From: Candidatus Latescibacterota bacterium
GTDB lineage: Bacteria > Latescibacterota > UBA2968 > UBA8231
Length of the DNA: 64,000 nt
NCBI GenBank assembly: GCA_965215195.1
Contig: CBDCDC010000001.1
Span: 1,152,001 to 1,216,000, forward strand
Direction of reading: 5' to 3'
The notes under the pieces are model-generated. The model was not told the origin of the DNA and did no database searches. It saw only the letters and a list, made by a program, of their open reading frames with translations. Shown piece by piece: positions 1 to 10,081 of this stretch (within the stretch, counting starts at the first letter, position 1; the number at the start of each line of letters is the position of its first letter). A program made the translations under genes and the position numbers.

Positions 1-1442
1 GTAACGCCAATCAGAAACAGCCAGTTCAAGTTGGTCAGGCTGAGCAACGGACTCACATCCGTAATAGACGTGCCATTCAGACTCAGCTCTTGCAAGTTGG
101 TCAGGCTCGTCAACGAAGCCACCCCCGCATCCGTAATGGACGTGAAACTCAGACTCAGCTCTTGCAAGGTAGTCAGGCTCGTCAACGAAGCCACCCCCGC
201 ATCCGTAATGGACGTGCTACTCAGATGCAGATTTGTCAACTTGGTCAGGCTCGTCAACGAAGCCACCCCCGCATCCGTAATGGACGTGTTACTCAGACCC
301 AGCCAGTTCAAGTTGGTCAGGCTGAGCAACGGACTCACATCCGTAATGGACGTGAAAGACAGCTCCAGCTCTTGCAAGTTGGTCAGGCTCGCCAACGGAC
401 TCACATCCGCAAGAGCCGCGTTGTCCTCCAGGTACAGATCAACCAGCGCCGTCGCGTGTTCGAGGCCGGCCAAGCTCTGAATGCTTAGACTGCTTGCTTC
501 AAGCGTCGTTAGGGACGCCAGATCGTCGGATGTAAGCGCACCTGTCGGTTTACCCAGTGCCTGCCGCACCGCACCCTCTAAGTTGGCGTCGGCGAACGAG
601 CCGACTGGCGGGGGTGGAGCCGGAGTCGGGGGTGGAGCCGGGGCCGAGGGTGGAGCCGGGGCTGCTGCCGGGGCCGGTGGTTGCGGGTTCGGCAGGACGA
701 CGGAGACCTTGACGTCCCCTTCTATCAAGGTGGGCACCTGTTCGGCGAGGTCCCCTTGGCGAATGAGATTGTCCACCAAGCCCAGCCAATCCAGCCGGGT
801 CAGACCATCCAACGCACTCACGTCCGCCACCGCGTTGTGCCCCAAATCCAGCGAGGTCAGCTTCGTCAATCCCGCCAACGGACTCACCGCTTCAATCTGG
901 TTGCCCCACAGGTTCAGGTAGGTCAGCTTCGTCAACCCCGCCAACGGACTCACGTCCGCCACCGCGTTGCCCCACAGACTCAGCCATTTCAAATTGGTCA
1001 AGCCCGCCAACGCACCCACATCCATCACCTGATTGTGCCCAAGGTTCAGGTGGGTCAGGCTGGTCAAGCCTGCCAACGGACTCAAATCCGCAATCTGGTT
1101 GCCCCACAGGTTCAGCGTGTCCAGCGCCGTCGCGTGTTCGAGGCCGGCCAAGCTCTCAATGCCTGAGACGTCTTGCCATTCTACGTCGAGCTTCGTCAGG
1201 GACGCCAGATCGTCGGCGGTCAGCGGGCCTTCCGGCTTGTTCAGCGTCCGCCGCACCGCAAGCTCTAGGTTGGCGTCGGCAAACGAGACGACAGCGTCCG
1301 ACGGCGTACTATCGGCTTCGGCCTGCCCGAGGGCTTTGCCCGCCGGCACCGGCGCGACCGGCGGATCGGAACAGGCCATCCAAGTAACCACTACGCCTAA
1401 AACGACGACCAAGTAGGCGTTTATTCGCTTCCATAAAGGCAT
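1..1442 (-). CDS. Leucine-rich-repeat (internalin-like) lipoprotein, copy 1; 3' end runs off the window
   Basis: Not in the ORF track (no stop in window). Manual translation from ATG at 1442 (RBS AGAAGGAGG): MPLWKRINAYLVVVLGVVVTWMACSDPPVAPVPAGKA...FADANLELAVRR..., 22-aa LxxLxLxxNxIxDLSPL repeats, Pro/Ala linker, then 24-aa repeats such as LTNLQELSLxxTSITDAGVASLTS. Confidence 0.92.
   Translation of the reverse strand, partial: MPLWKRINAYLVVVLGVVVTWMACSDPPVAPVPAGKALGQAEADSTPSDAVVSFADANLELAVRRTLNKPEGPLTADDLASLTKLDVEWQDVSGIESLAGLEHATALDTLNLWGNQIADLSPLAGLTSLTHLNLGHNQVMDVGALAGLTNLKWLSLWGNAVADVSPLAGLTKLTYLNLWGNQIEAVSPLAGLTKLTSLDLGHNAVADVSALDGLTRLDWLGLVDNLIRQGDLAEQVPTLIEGDVKVSVVLPNPQPPAPAAAPAPPSAPAPPPTPAPPPPVGSFADANLEGAVRQALGKPTGALTSDDLASLTTLEASSLSIQSLAGLEHATALVDLYLEDNAALADVSPLASLTNLQELELSFTSITDVSPLLSLTNLNWLGLSNTSITDAGVASLTSLTKLTNLHLSSTSITDAGVASLTSLTTLQELSLSFTSITDAGVASLTSLTNLQELSLNGTSITDVSPLLSLTNLNWLFLIGV
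97..312. repeat. 72-nt tandem LRR-coding repeats
   Basis: tcaggctcgtcaacgaagccacccccgcatccgtaatggacgtg recurs three times with a 72-nt period. Confidence 0.9.
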
Positions 1443-1480
1443 TGTTTGCCTCCTTCTACGAAATAAAGGGGTGGATAGAG

Positions 1481-1535
1481 AGGAACAGGAACCGGCCGCC
1501 ATGGCGGACGACGGCCACGACGTACAGACGAATGC
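1481..1535 (-). promoter_or_regulatory. 55-nt conserved leader shared with LRR copy 2
   Basis: Reverse complement matches 16620-16674 at 52/55 nt, while the spacer to the RBS and the sequence further upstream are unrelated. Confidence 0.65.
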
Positions 1536-1563
1536 CGCACGGGTAACATGCGGCGCGGGGTGG

Positions 1564-1643
1564 GACGGATCGCCAAACGGTCGTTTGGGATCCGTCGCCG
1601 GTGCTTGAGCAGTAGGGAATCTAGCGCTTTAGTGCTTGAGCAG
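1564..1643. repeat. Palindrome plus 12-nt direct repeat upstream of LRR copy 1
   Basis: gacggatc-g-ccaaacg-gt-cgtttgg-gatccgtc (1564-1596); gtgcttgagcag at 1601-1612 and 1632-1643. Confidence 0.6.
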
Positions 1644-1895
1644 AATTTCGAGGGGGGGGTAAATTATTGTTTTTTAATGACTTACGTAACATTTTTTTAG
1701 CAGGTCGAGAATCGGTGGTGTACTCGGTGCGCCACGCGCTGTAAAAGACAAACACAACATCTCACGCCCTTGTATTCTATGGTCGCTACGTGAACAAATC
1801 AAGGGATATTTGAAATTGCAGTCCCCGGATAAAGAGGCAGAACGTCCCCAAAAAATTCAAAGGGACCCACGACCCCTTATTCGTTCGGTAGTGGA

Positions 1896-2102
1896 TTACA
1901 CGGGCGGCGGGGACCGACCGGCGGCGGGCGCGTCGGACCAAGCCAACAGACTTGCTCGAACCCATTGCTCGCCGGATTGGGTGCCATGTGGAATAGGCAA
2001 CGTTGTGATGTCGCGAGCTTTGAATTGCCGTCGGCGCAGAAATCGGCGTACAAACGTGTCTGTGGCCGCGTCCTCGCAGAGCAACGCGATTCGGACGCTC
2101 AT
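1896..2102 (-). pseudogene. Truncated TOPRIM-like partner of the adjacent ABC-type ATPase
   Basis: MSVRIALLCED...GTQSGEQWVR begins at an ATGA overlap with the ATPase stop; hydrophobic strand followed by CED is TOPRIM-like; only 68 aa, ending in unrelated-looking sequence. Confidence 0.5.
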
Positions 2103-3200
2103 TCCCAGCGTCTTGCTATGACTTCGGACAGAGACAGGCCATCGACGGTATGCTGCGGTTCCTTGCTCACCCGCACCGGGCCGTCTCCATCGCGGAAGAA
2201 CCACCTACCGTTCGCGCCCGCCATGTAATCAATCGTCACGGGGGTGATGCGATGCGACGACAATTTGCCCCAAGGACCGGCCGACCCGCTCGACCGCGTC
2301 GGCGAGATAGGGCTGTACTTCCCCCAAGGCAAGGTAGTTGTCGGGTTCATCGACGAACAGTGAAACGCGGCGGTCCGCGGCGAGATGGAGCAGGCTGTAC
2401 ATGGCAATCAGGGCTCGCTGGCCATCGGAGAGTTGATCGAAACCGTAGCGGATCGGCTCGGGCGACGAGCCGCGAAAAATTGCTTTGAGGGCGCGGGAGT
2501 TCTCTCCAGATTCCGTCAGATTGATCGAGTCGAAACCGGGGAGTGCTTCGCGGAGGGTCTCGAATAGCGAAACGATGGAGCGCATATTCTCTTGTGCAGC
2601 GCGACGATACCAGCCGACGAAGTTCTGCATCAAAGGTTCCAAGAACTCGTCCTCGGTTCTCGTTTCGGCAGACATGATAGGCGGGCAGCAGCTAACGATT
2701 ATATAGTTGGCGATCTCCTTCTTGAACTGCGTTAGCTTCTTATTGTCGATCCTTTCGTTTAAGAAGCCGATCCCGGACTGCGACCAATCGAAGGGATACG
2801 AAGGGCCTTTGGAGTAGTCATCGCGATATAGCTGTGCGTCTCCGTTCTTGAATTCAAAGATCGGGTTGCCGTCGTGTTCAAGCACTTCTTCCCCGACTCG
2901 CATTTTGCTACGAGAGGGATCGTGCTGCACGATGAGCGAATAACGGTAGGTTTCTTCGTTGATGCGGGTCTCAATTTCGAATCGCTGTTCGTTGCGTTGG
3001 CCGTAAAGCGAAATGTCCCGGGCAGGAAACACTGTGTCCACTTTTGAGCCCCGCACAACCAAATTTTGGATGTTCCTGAGCACGTTCAGGACGGAGGTCT
3101 TACCCGTGCCGTTCCGCCCTAGGAAGACGTTCGTCTGGTCGAGATCGAGTTCAAAGTTCTCCAGACAACGGAAGTTGTCCACATAGAGTCTTGACAGCAC
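2099..3200 (-). CDS. AAA_21/AbiEii-like ABC ATPase with a frameshift near 2240
   Basis: Walker A GRNGTGKT, signature LSDGQ, Walker B LFVDEPDNYL, H-loop SHHP. Removing one base from the G5 run at 2240-2244 restores HHPVTIDY...LSLSEVIARRWE, ending at 2099. Confidence 0.85.
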
Positions 3201-3438
3201 GGGCGTCCCCTTTAGTGGTTGGTTTTTCTATTCGCATCAATGTCGTTGAGATGGTATTGACCTGTCAAGGAGACCGCGACGAGCCGTCCGGCCTTGGGGT
3301 AAGTCTGCTCAGAAGCTCTGGCGTGTACGCGATCGTGCCATCGGCATTGATCGTCGCCGTGCCGTGGGCCGTGGTAGCTGATGTCGCCACCACCGCCGAT
3401 CTCGAAGAGGCCAGCGGCCGCCCACGCACTGAGCCTCC

Positions 3439-5736
3439 TCAGCGCTGCCAATAGTACGACAATTTGAGCTGCAACGAGCGGCTGGCCTGTTGCAGGCCGC
3501 CCTCGGTATCCCAGACCTGATTGTACACGAGGAACAGATCGCTGCCGGGCAGGTAGTGGTAGTTGAACAGGAAATTGCCGCCCACCAGCTCCCGGGTACT
3601 GTTCCACTGCAAAAAGCCGCGCACAAACATGTCGGGCGAGAAGGAATAGAGGAAGCGGTGCCCGAACAGGTGGGTGTTGAAGGCACTGTCGGGCAGGTCG
3701 ATGTTGTTGAACTCGTAGCGGCCTTCTAGCTCTAGGCGGGCATTGTAGCGCCAGACGGCCTCGGTGGAAGCGCGGTGGCGGATGCCGTTGAAAAAATCGC
3801 CGTATTCGCACGAAGCGCGGCCGGAGAAGCGGCGGCTCGAATTGGCGAAAAAACTGAACTGATAGCTGCCAAATTCGTACGCGCCCGGGGGAATTTCTCG
3901 GTCGTCGCGTATGGCAAACGCCTCGTCCAAAAGCTCGTAGCGCTGGCGATAGCGCACCCCGATCCAGTCGCCTATTTCCAAATTGATAAAGGCGGAGAAT
4001 TCAAAATCGCGGCTCTGCAAGGTATTGCCCCGATCCGTCAGGTAGGTAAGGCGCGGCCCAAGCGAAAACATGCGGATCCAGTCGATGGCCGGTCGGGGCC
4101 GGTAGCGCCCGCTGCCTTTGAAGCGGCGGATGTCACTGCGCGGCACAAAGCCCACTTGGGGCGCAAAGTCCTCCTCCACGTCGAGATAGCTCAGGCGGGT
4201 CTCAAAGCGGCTCTGGCGATAGTCCAGCTCCAGCAGGCCGGCCCGGTCGCGGCCTTCCACCGAGGGGGTCCAAGTCTTGGCGGCAAAGCCGCGCAGGTTG
4301 AGGGCGGCTTGCAACAGCGACAGGGTGAAGTCGAAGCCAGCAGTGCGATTGTAGGAAGCCTCTGAGCCGGGTTGCTTGTCGATGGCGATAAAGCCGAGGT
4401 TGGAGCGGCCCAGCAGGTCGCGCTTGAGGCGCAGGACCGCGAAGTCGGTCTGGGCCACGCGCAGGGTGTCGGGGATGTTCAATCGCAGGGTATCGACGAT
4501 GGCGTCCCCGGTCAGCTCTGCTTGGTCCTCGTCGAGCAGGTCGCCATCTGCGGTGACAAAGCGGTCCTCCTCTGCTTCGGCAAAAAAAGTCCCGGCCTGG
4601 GTGGTCATGCGCAGGACACCAATTTGATAGGGGCCAGCCCGTCCGGTGAGTTTGCCGCCGGCCAATACGGACAGGTTGTGCCCTTCTTCAATGCCAATGC
4701 GACGGCTGTAGAACAGCAGGGTGGGGGGCCGACCTCCCGTGCCCTGCCTTTCGACGCGTTCGCCAAACTCAAAAATCCCGGCCCCTTCGAGGAAGAAGTC
4801 GCGCTTTTCTGGGAAGAACAGGCTGAAGCGGGTGAGGTTGATCTGCTCTTGGTCGGCTTCCACTTGGGCGAAGTCGGTTTTGTAGGACAGGTCCAAGGTA
4901 AGGGAGGGCGTGAGGCCGTATTTGAAATCTAGGCTTGGGTCTAGGCCGTATTCAGTGGGGCGGTCGTCCGCGAAATCGCGCTGGATGCCGCTCAGCAAGA
5001 AGGGGACGACCGCTATGGGTGGGCGACTCTGCAACTCACCCAAACCCTTGAGGACGGCCAGCCGCGAGGTGCGGTAGCGGCCCCTAAGACCATAGGATTG
5101 GGGCGGGGGGACCAAGAAGACTTCCTCGTTTTTGCGGCGAATGGCGCGGCCGATGTTAAGGCCCCACACGGCTTGGTCGCTGTCGGGGTAGCGCACCTGA
5201 TCAAAGGGAATGGCCACTTCGGCACTCCAGCCCAAGCTGTCGATCTCGGTGCGACTCTGCCAGACGCTGTCCCAGGCTTGGTTGCGGGTGCGGCCCTCGT
5301 CGGTAAGCAGCAGGTCTTGGCGCGCACCCAAGGGGTTGGTGCTAAAGTAAAAGCCGCCGCGGCGGTCGTTATAGGGATCGAGGATAATCTGGATGTTGTC
5401 GTTTTCGTCCAAGTCGGCGTCGCGCCGCATCTGGTTGGCCACTAGGCGGTCGGCCTCGCTGTCGAAGCAGCGCAGGGCAAAGTACAGATGATCGTCGTCA
5501 AAGAGAATGCGGACTTGGGTCTGCTCGGTGGGCTGGGCCCCTTCGACCGGCTCGCGCTGGAAAAAGTCGGCCATGATCGGGGCTTGGTGCCAGACGGAGT
5601 CGTCGATGCGCCCGTCGATGCTGGGGGGCGCGGGGGTGCGGGTGGCTTGGACGACCGGGATTTCCCGAGCTGGGCCCGGTGCGGCGAGGACCGCTAGAAC
5701 GACGGCACTTTTGGCAATGGACGATAGAGGGTTCAA
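3439..5736 (-). CDS. Carbohydrate-binding family 9 / DUF5916 secreted or outer-membrane protein
   Basis: Signal peptide; IDGRIDDSVW...FFQREP, DFAQVEAD..INLTRFSLFFPEKRDFFLEG and FYSRRIG motifs; aromatic beta-strand C-terminus. Confidence 0.85.
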   Translation of the reverse strand: MNPLSSIAKSAVVLAVLAAPGPAREIPVVQATRTPAPPSIDGRIDDSVWHQAPIMADFFQREPVEGAQPTEQTQVRILFDDDHLYFALRCFDSEADRLVANQMRRDADLDENDNIQIILDPYNDRRGGFYFSTNPLGARQDLLLTDEGRTRNQAWDSVWQSRTEIDSLGWSAEVAIPFDQVRYPDSDQAVWGLNIGRAIRRKNEEVFLVPPPQSYGLRGRYRTSRLAVLKGLGELQSRPPIAVVPFLLSGIQRDFADDRPTEYGLDPSLDFKYGLTPSLTLDLSYKTDFAQVEADQEQINLTRFSLFFPEKRDFFLEGAGIFEFGERVERQGTGGRPPTLLFYSRRIGIEEGHNLSVLAGGKLTGRAGPYQIGVLRMTTQAGTFFAEAEEDRFVTADGDLLDEDQAELTGDAIVDTLRLNIPDTLRVAQTDFAVLRLKRDLLGRSNLGFIAIDKQPGSEASYNRTAGFDFTLSLLQAALNLRGFAAKTWTPSVEGRDRAGLLELDYRQSRFETRLSYLDVEEDFAPQVGFVPRSDIRRFKGSGRYRPRPAIDWIRMFSLGPRLTYLTDRGNTLQSRDFEFSAFINLEIGDWIGVRYRQRYELLDEAFAIRDDREIPPGAYEFGSYQFSFFANSSRRFSGRASCEYGDFFNGIRHRASTEAVWRYNARLELEGRYEFNNIDLPDSAFNTHLFGHRFLYSFSPDMFVRGFLQWNSTRELVGGNFLFNYHYLPGSDLFLVYNQVWDTEGGLQQASRSLQLKLSYYWQR

Positions 5737-5890
5737 AATACAAGCTCAGGGCCTCTCACTTGAGTGAGTGAAGCACTTGGCTCGTCGTGGAAAATCCCCC
5801 CATCCGGCGCGGACTTGACGGCCTGCAAACACCCAATCCGTGGCCGACGCTACACTTCTGGGGGGTGATAGCGCCTAGGTGCGCAGCAAC

Positions 5891-7201
5891 TCACGGCGCG
5901 AACCGATAGACCACCGGCAACTGGGCGGCGTCTGCGATGCTCGAGTCCGCGTGGTGGTAGATGTTCACGTGCCCGGTGCCGCAGTCGCCGAAATCGTCGC
6001 AGGAGAGTACGCCGATAATCCCCTGAAAGCCATCCGTCGCCCCGACCGCCTCGCGCAGGGCGGCGCGGTCCACGTACAACTTGTCGCCCTGCGCCCTCGC
6101 AACGGATTCGATGGTGCTGAGCAGCACTGTTGTGGCGTCGTACGCGTGCGCCCAGTACGGAGAGGGAGGCGACTCGCCGTACGCGGCTTCGTACGCGGCG
6201 AGCACTTCGTCCGCGTTTTTGCCGGTCGCAGCATTGACATTCGGGCCGTGGTCCGACTCCGGCCCGGCAAAGTACGTGCCCTCTGACTGGGGCGTGCTGA
6301 GGAAATCGGCCACGAGGAGCGCCGCGCCCGCAATGAACGTCGCGCCTTTTAGGCCGTCGAACGCCAGCGCCTGCTCGGCGAAAGACGTGCCTTCCGATTC
6401 AAAGAGCGGAAAGAAGATGCCGTCCGGCGCGGCGGCCGCGAATTCCGCGAGGACGGCCGTCATGTCCGCGTCGCCCTTGTCGAGCCGGGCGGTGGCAGCC
6501 ACCTCGCCGCCGAGGGCGCGGAACGCATCGCCAAACGCGCTCACGAGGGCCGCGGTGTACGGGTCGCCGTCGTCAACGGCCACCATGCGCCGCAGGCCCA
6601 GTTCACTGTAGGCGAAGTCGGCGACGGCTTGCGCCTGATAGAGGTCGTTGTTAGAAGTGCGGAAATAGCCGGGGTGGTAGGCGGGATTCGCATTGCCGGC
6701 GAGGTCGGACGTGAGCAAAGGCGACGTGTTGGACGGCGAGATCATCACCAGCCCGGCCTCGCTGATAAGCGGTGAGGCTACCACGGCCGCGGCCGAGCAC
6801 GACGTGCCGACGACGCCTATCACCTGTGAATCGGCCGTGATTTGCTCGGCACCCGCACGTCCGCCCTCGGCCGAGCACATGCTGTCCATAGACTCGCCGA
6901 GGTCGATCGCGCGACCGTGGATGCTGCCGAAGTCGCGCACGGCCAACTCAACGCTGTGCCGCAACACCCTACCCAGCGAGGCCGCGCCCGTGATCGAGAA
7001 CAGCGAGCGGATCTGCACGGCCTCGCCAACCTCAACTGCGCCGAGTGGTTGGCGCCGCGGCTCAGCTAGCCCGGCGACGGGGGTGCTGGTCCAAGTGATG
7101 CTGCTGGTTATGCGCTTGGCGGCCGCCGCGACTGGATCGCGCTCAGAACATGCGCCTAGGGTCAAGGAGCAGGTGAGCAAGAAAAACAGAGCGAATTGCA
7201 C
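5891..7201 (-). CDS. Branched-chain amino acid ABC-type substrate-binding lipoprotein (standalone)
   Basis: Lipobox LGAC; GVVGTSCS, MISPSNTSP, YFRT.NND, AHAYDA motifs; GGAGG upstream of GTG. Confidence 0.85.
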   Translation of the reverse strand: MQFALFFLLTCSLTLGACSERDPVAAAAKRITSSITWTSTPVAGLAEPRRQPLGAVEVGEAVQIRSLFSITGAASLGRVLRHSVELAVRDFGSIHGRAIDLGESMDSMCSAEGGRAGAEQITADSQVIGVVGTSCSAAAVVASPLISEAGLVMISPSNTSPLLTSDLAGNANPAYHPGYFRTSNNDLYQAQAVADFAYSELGLRRMVAVDDGDPYTAALVSAFGDAFRALGGEVAATARLDKGDADMTAVLAEFAAAAPDGIFFPLFESEGTSFAEQALAFDGLKGATFIAGAALLVADFLSTPQSEGTYFAGPESDHGPNVNAATGKNADEVLAAYEAAYGESPPSPYWAHAYDATTVLLSTIESVARAQGDKLYVDRAALREAVGATDGFQGIIGVLSCDDFGDCGTGHVNIYHHADSSIADAAQLPVVYRFAP

Positions 7202-7292
7202 TGCATGGACCTCCTATGGAATTGGGCCAATGCCTTGGTTAGTGGTAGCGAAGCGCGCGGCGCGAATCGATAAACCCCTGCGCCCCTTCTGT

Positions 7293-7850
7293 CTAAAAGC
7301 GACTTTTGAGCTGTCCCCAGGACTGTCCTGTAACTGCCGTAGAAGCGGATTCTGGATAAAAGCCAGAGCCCAAGATGAAATTTTGGCCGAGGGCGGCATA
7401 GGGAATGACATAGCTCACTTTCGGCGAGCCGATTTCTTCGTCCCCTTCTACCAGCGGATCGGGCCAAAGATACTCGACGTAGCCGCCGCCCTCAGCCGCC
7501 GCTGCGATAAACTCTTGGACAAATTTGACTCCATTGGCGTCTTCGAGATCATACAAGTCTTGGCCTTCGAGGTCTGGATTATCCGCGTGAAAAATTGCGG
7601 TGCCCTCGGTGGTCAGGACGAATAGATAGATGGATCCATACTTCCAAGTTTCTTCCGTTCTGAGTTCCTGCAAGACACTTATGTACTCGGGAAGGGTCGT
7701 GGCGTTATCTGCGTACGCCTTGGCCGCGAGTACAAAGGCTTTCAGGGTTTCCCGGTCCACCACATCACTGGCCGTTATCTCCGAGTCTTGAGCCACCGCG
7801 GGCAAGAGGCTGGCCAGCGTTAGAATGAATACTGCGATTAGACTCCTCAT
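7293..7850 (-). CDS. Secreted standalone single Cache-domain protein with C-terminal SWGQLK tail
   Basis: Signal peptide; YLFVL, D.NG.KFV, GGGYVEYLWPDP, KVSYV, GSGFY; ends TAVTGQSWGQLKSRF. Confidence 0.8.
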   Translation of the reverse strand: MRSLIAVFILTLASLLPAVAQDSEITASDVVDRETLKAFVLAAKAYADNATTLPEYISVLQELRTEETWKYGSIYLFVLTTEGTAIFHADNPDLEGQDLYDLEDANGVKFVQEFIAAAAEGGGYVEYLWPDPLVEGDEEIGSPKVSYVIPYAALGQNFILGSGFYPESASTAVTGQSWGQLKSRF

Positions 7851-8075
7851 GGTGATCTCCTCTCTTTTGTTGAGAATTGTGAACGATATGGGATAAGGTA
7901 CGACCGATTCTTAAAAAAATCTATTGGATACGCCGCCTGCAAAAGCACTTCCCAGACCCCCCCAATGCGGCTACCCCCTGATGATCATCTAAATTCATTG
8001 ACAAGCTAATGAGGCCAAACGTAGCTTAGTCCCGACAACGCTAACCTTCCCATCCGCCGAAAGAGAGGGTGCAAA

Positions 8076-9255
8076 ATGACTACCGATCAATCTCCGGCAA
8101 AGGAGACCTACCGCGCCACAGCTTTTGCCGACTCCAAGCCCGAACTCGCCGCTCCCGGGGCTACGCCCGAGCGGTTGGACCACTTGCGGGAGCATGGTTT
8201 CGTCATCATCACCGACTTTGTCGATAACCCGTGGATCCCCGTTCTGCGCGAGGCCGGCCGCCGCGTCACCGAGGCGTGTGCGCCCGAGCACGGCTACGGC
8301 AAGATCGACTGCTCAAAGGGCTACGTGCATCGTGCGGGCGGCAATGAGCCGTGGGCGATTCGGGGCCTCATCCATCCCGCTTTTGAGGAGCCTTGCTTTG
8401 CCGAGTTCCACGGCTCGGACGACTTCCTAAACTTCGTCGCCTCTTGGTGCAACGGGCTTGGGCCTGAAGATGTGGTGCTGAGCGGTCTGCTGCTGTGGTG
8501 CAATCCCCGGCGGCACGAGAATGGCCCCAGTTGGCACCGCGACGTGACGTGGTGGGGCAGCGGCAAGCCCTACTTTTCGCAGCGGGACGACCGGGGAGAA
8601 GGCCCGGAGGATTATTCCGAGGAAGTCGAAAAAATCCGCTGGGCAGAAATCTGCGCCAACAACGCCAAGGTGCTCACTGAGCGGAACGGCGTGAGCATGT
8701 TCTTGGCGCTGGTTGACGACGAGTGCCACGAGCTCATACCCGGCAGTCACGAGCGCTGGCGGACGCCGTTTGAGCACGATGTGCTGCTGCCGCAAGCGAT
8801 GAAGGACCAAGGGGTGCCGCACACCCCCAGTTGGAACAGGGTGGACCCGTTGCCGGGCCAGGTTTCGATCCGGCTCAAGCCCGGGGAAGCGCTCATCCGC
8901 AATGGGGGTCACGATCCACACCGGGCACACCGTCCCCGAGCGCGAGCGCAACACCTTGTCCATCGGCTGGTCAAAGTGGTCGGGTCCGTTCACCGGGGAG
9001 CCGTCCGTAGCGGACGCGCGCAACGCGTGGCAACTCGATCCGGCCGTGCGAGAGGCGTTGCCGCACGAGTGGATGCAGACCGCGTGGGATCGTTGGGCCG
9101 AGACCCAAAAATTAGGGGATACGCTCGAGGATCGGTACGCGGGGTTTGATATTCAGCGCATCAAAGCGGGGGAAGTCGTGGGTTGGCGCAGCGAACTGGA
9201 GCGCCAAGCGGCTGCCGCTGGCGAGGCGTGGGAGCGGTTTCAAACGGTGGCGTGA
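8076..9255 (+). CDS. Phytanoyl-CoA dioxygenase (PhyH) family protein, frameshift at about 8904-8908
   Basis: LREHGFVII, WHRD, LIPGSH; the distal IHTG lies in the next frame after a G5 run. Confidence 0.8.
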
Positions 9256-10081
9256 CGCTCGTCCGCCTCTCTTTTCGCTAGTGCCGCCTTGCGCTCGACA
9301 AACGCCGGCGGCGGGGGCGTGAGGATCGCGCGTTTGCGCTCATCTACCCCTTGCCATGGGTCGGCGTCCGTTGAGCTGAAAAAGTTATTCGGGCCGGAAT
9401 AGGCTTCCTCGCGCACCATGTACTTGTAAAAAAGCGTGGTCCGCGTGCTCGGCGCTGTCCACGGCAGCGTGACGTGACACAGGGCCTCGGTGAAGATAAT
9501 GGCACTGCCGGGCCGGGCCGGCACGCGGGTGACCATCGGATGCACGTCCTTGGACAAATCGACCCACGCTTGCGGACGGGGTAATGCCCCTTGTGCGATC
9601 CCGCCAAACAGCCGAACCCACCCCCGTTGCAAACGGTATCCTCCAGGCTCATACGCCACGGTGACCAGACCATTGGAGAAAGTCCCGCTTGCGGGATCGC
9701 GCGCGAAGTAATGCGTGATTAGCTCATGCGGCCGATTGGGACTTAGCAAGCGCCCATTGCCGCCGTGGATGGTTCCTCCGGCGAGATTTTTGTCGAAGGT
9801 GCCGTGCGTGTGCACGTTGATATGGTCGATGCGGAAGGGCGGGCGCCCGTCGGCTCGTTGGCCACCGTAGATTTCTGCTAGGACTTCCGAAACTACCGGA
9901 ACGTCCAGTAAATCGACGAAAGCCTGCGACCAGAAGCCGCCTCGATCGGCGTGCTGCGAGTGGAGTTGCGGGCCTTTGGCATCGACGGTGGCCTTGAGAT
10001 CGGCAACCTGCTCGGGCGTGATCGCATCCTCTACCGCGAGGAAGCCCACGTGTCAAAAGCAAAGCGCTGTTCTTCGTTCAT
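9240..10081 (-). CDS. PhyH family dioxygenase with three apparent single-base frameshifts
   Basis: Probable start MNEEQRFAFDTW at 10081 joins GFLAVEDAIT after a shift near 10046; GGFGCLAGSHK is out of frame between about 9645 and 9578; FTEALCH motif. Confidence 0.75.

Noticed and set aside
31-1416. Plus-strand repetitive ORFs, and minus-strand ORFs at 16690-18315
   Set aside because: Antisense shadows of the LRR genes
2240-2244. Programmed frameshifting in the ATPase or PhyH genes
   Set aside because: No slippery heptamer or stimulator; mixed +1/-1 events in short runs fit error or decay better
7975-8030. CTGATGA hammerhead core
   Set aside because: No stem II or GAAA; better read as a TTGACA-N18-TAGCTT promoter
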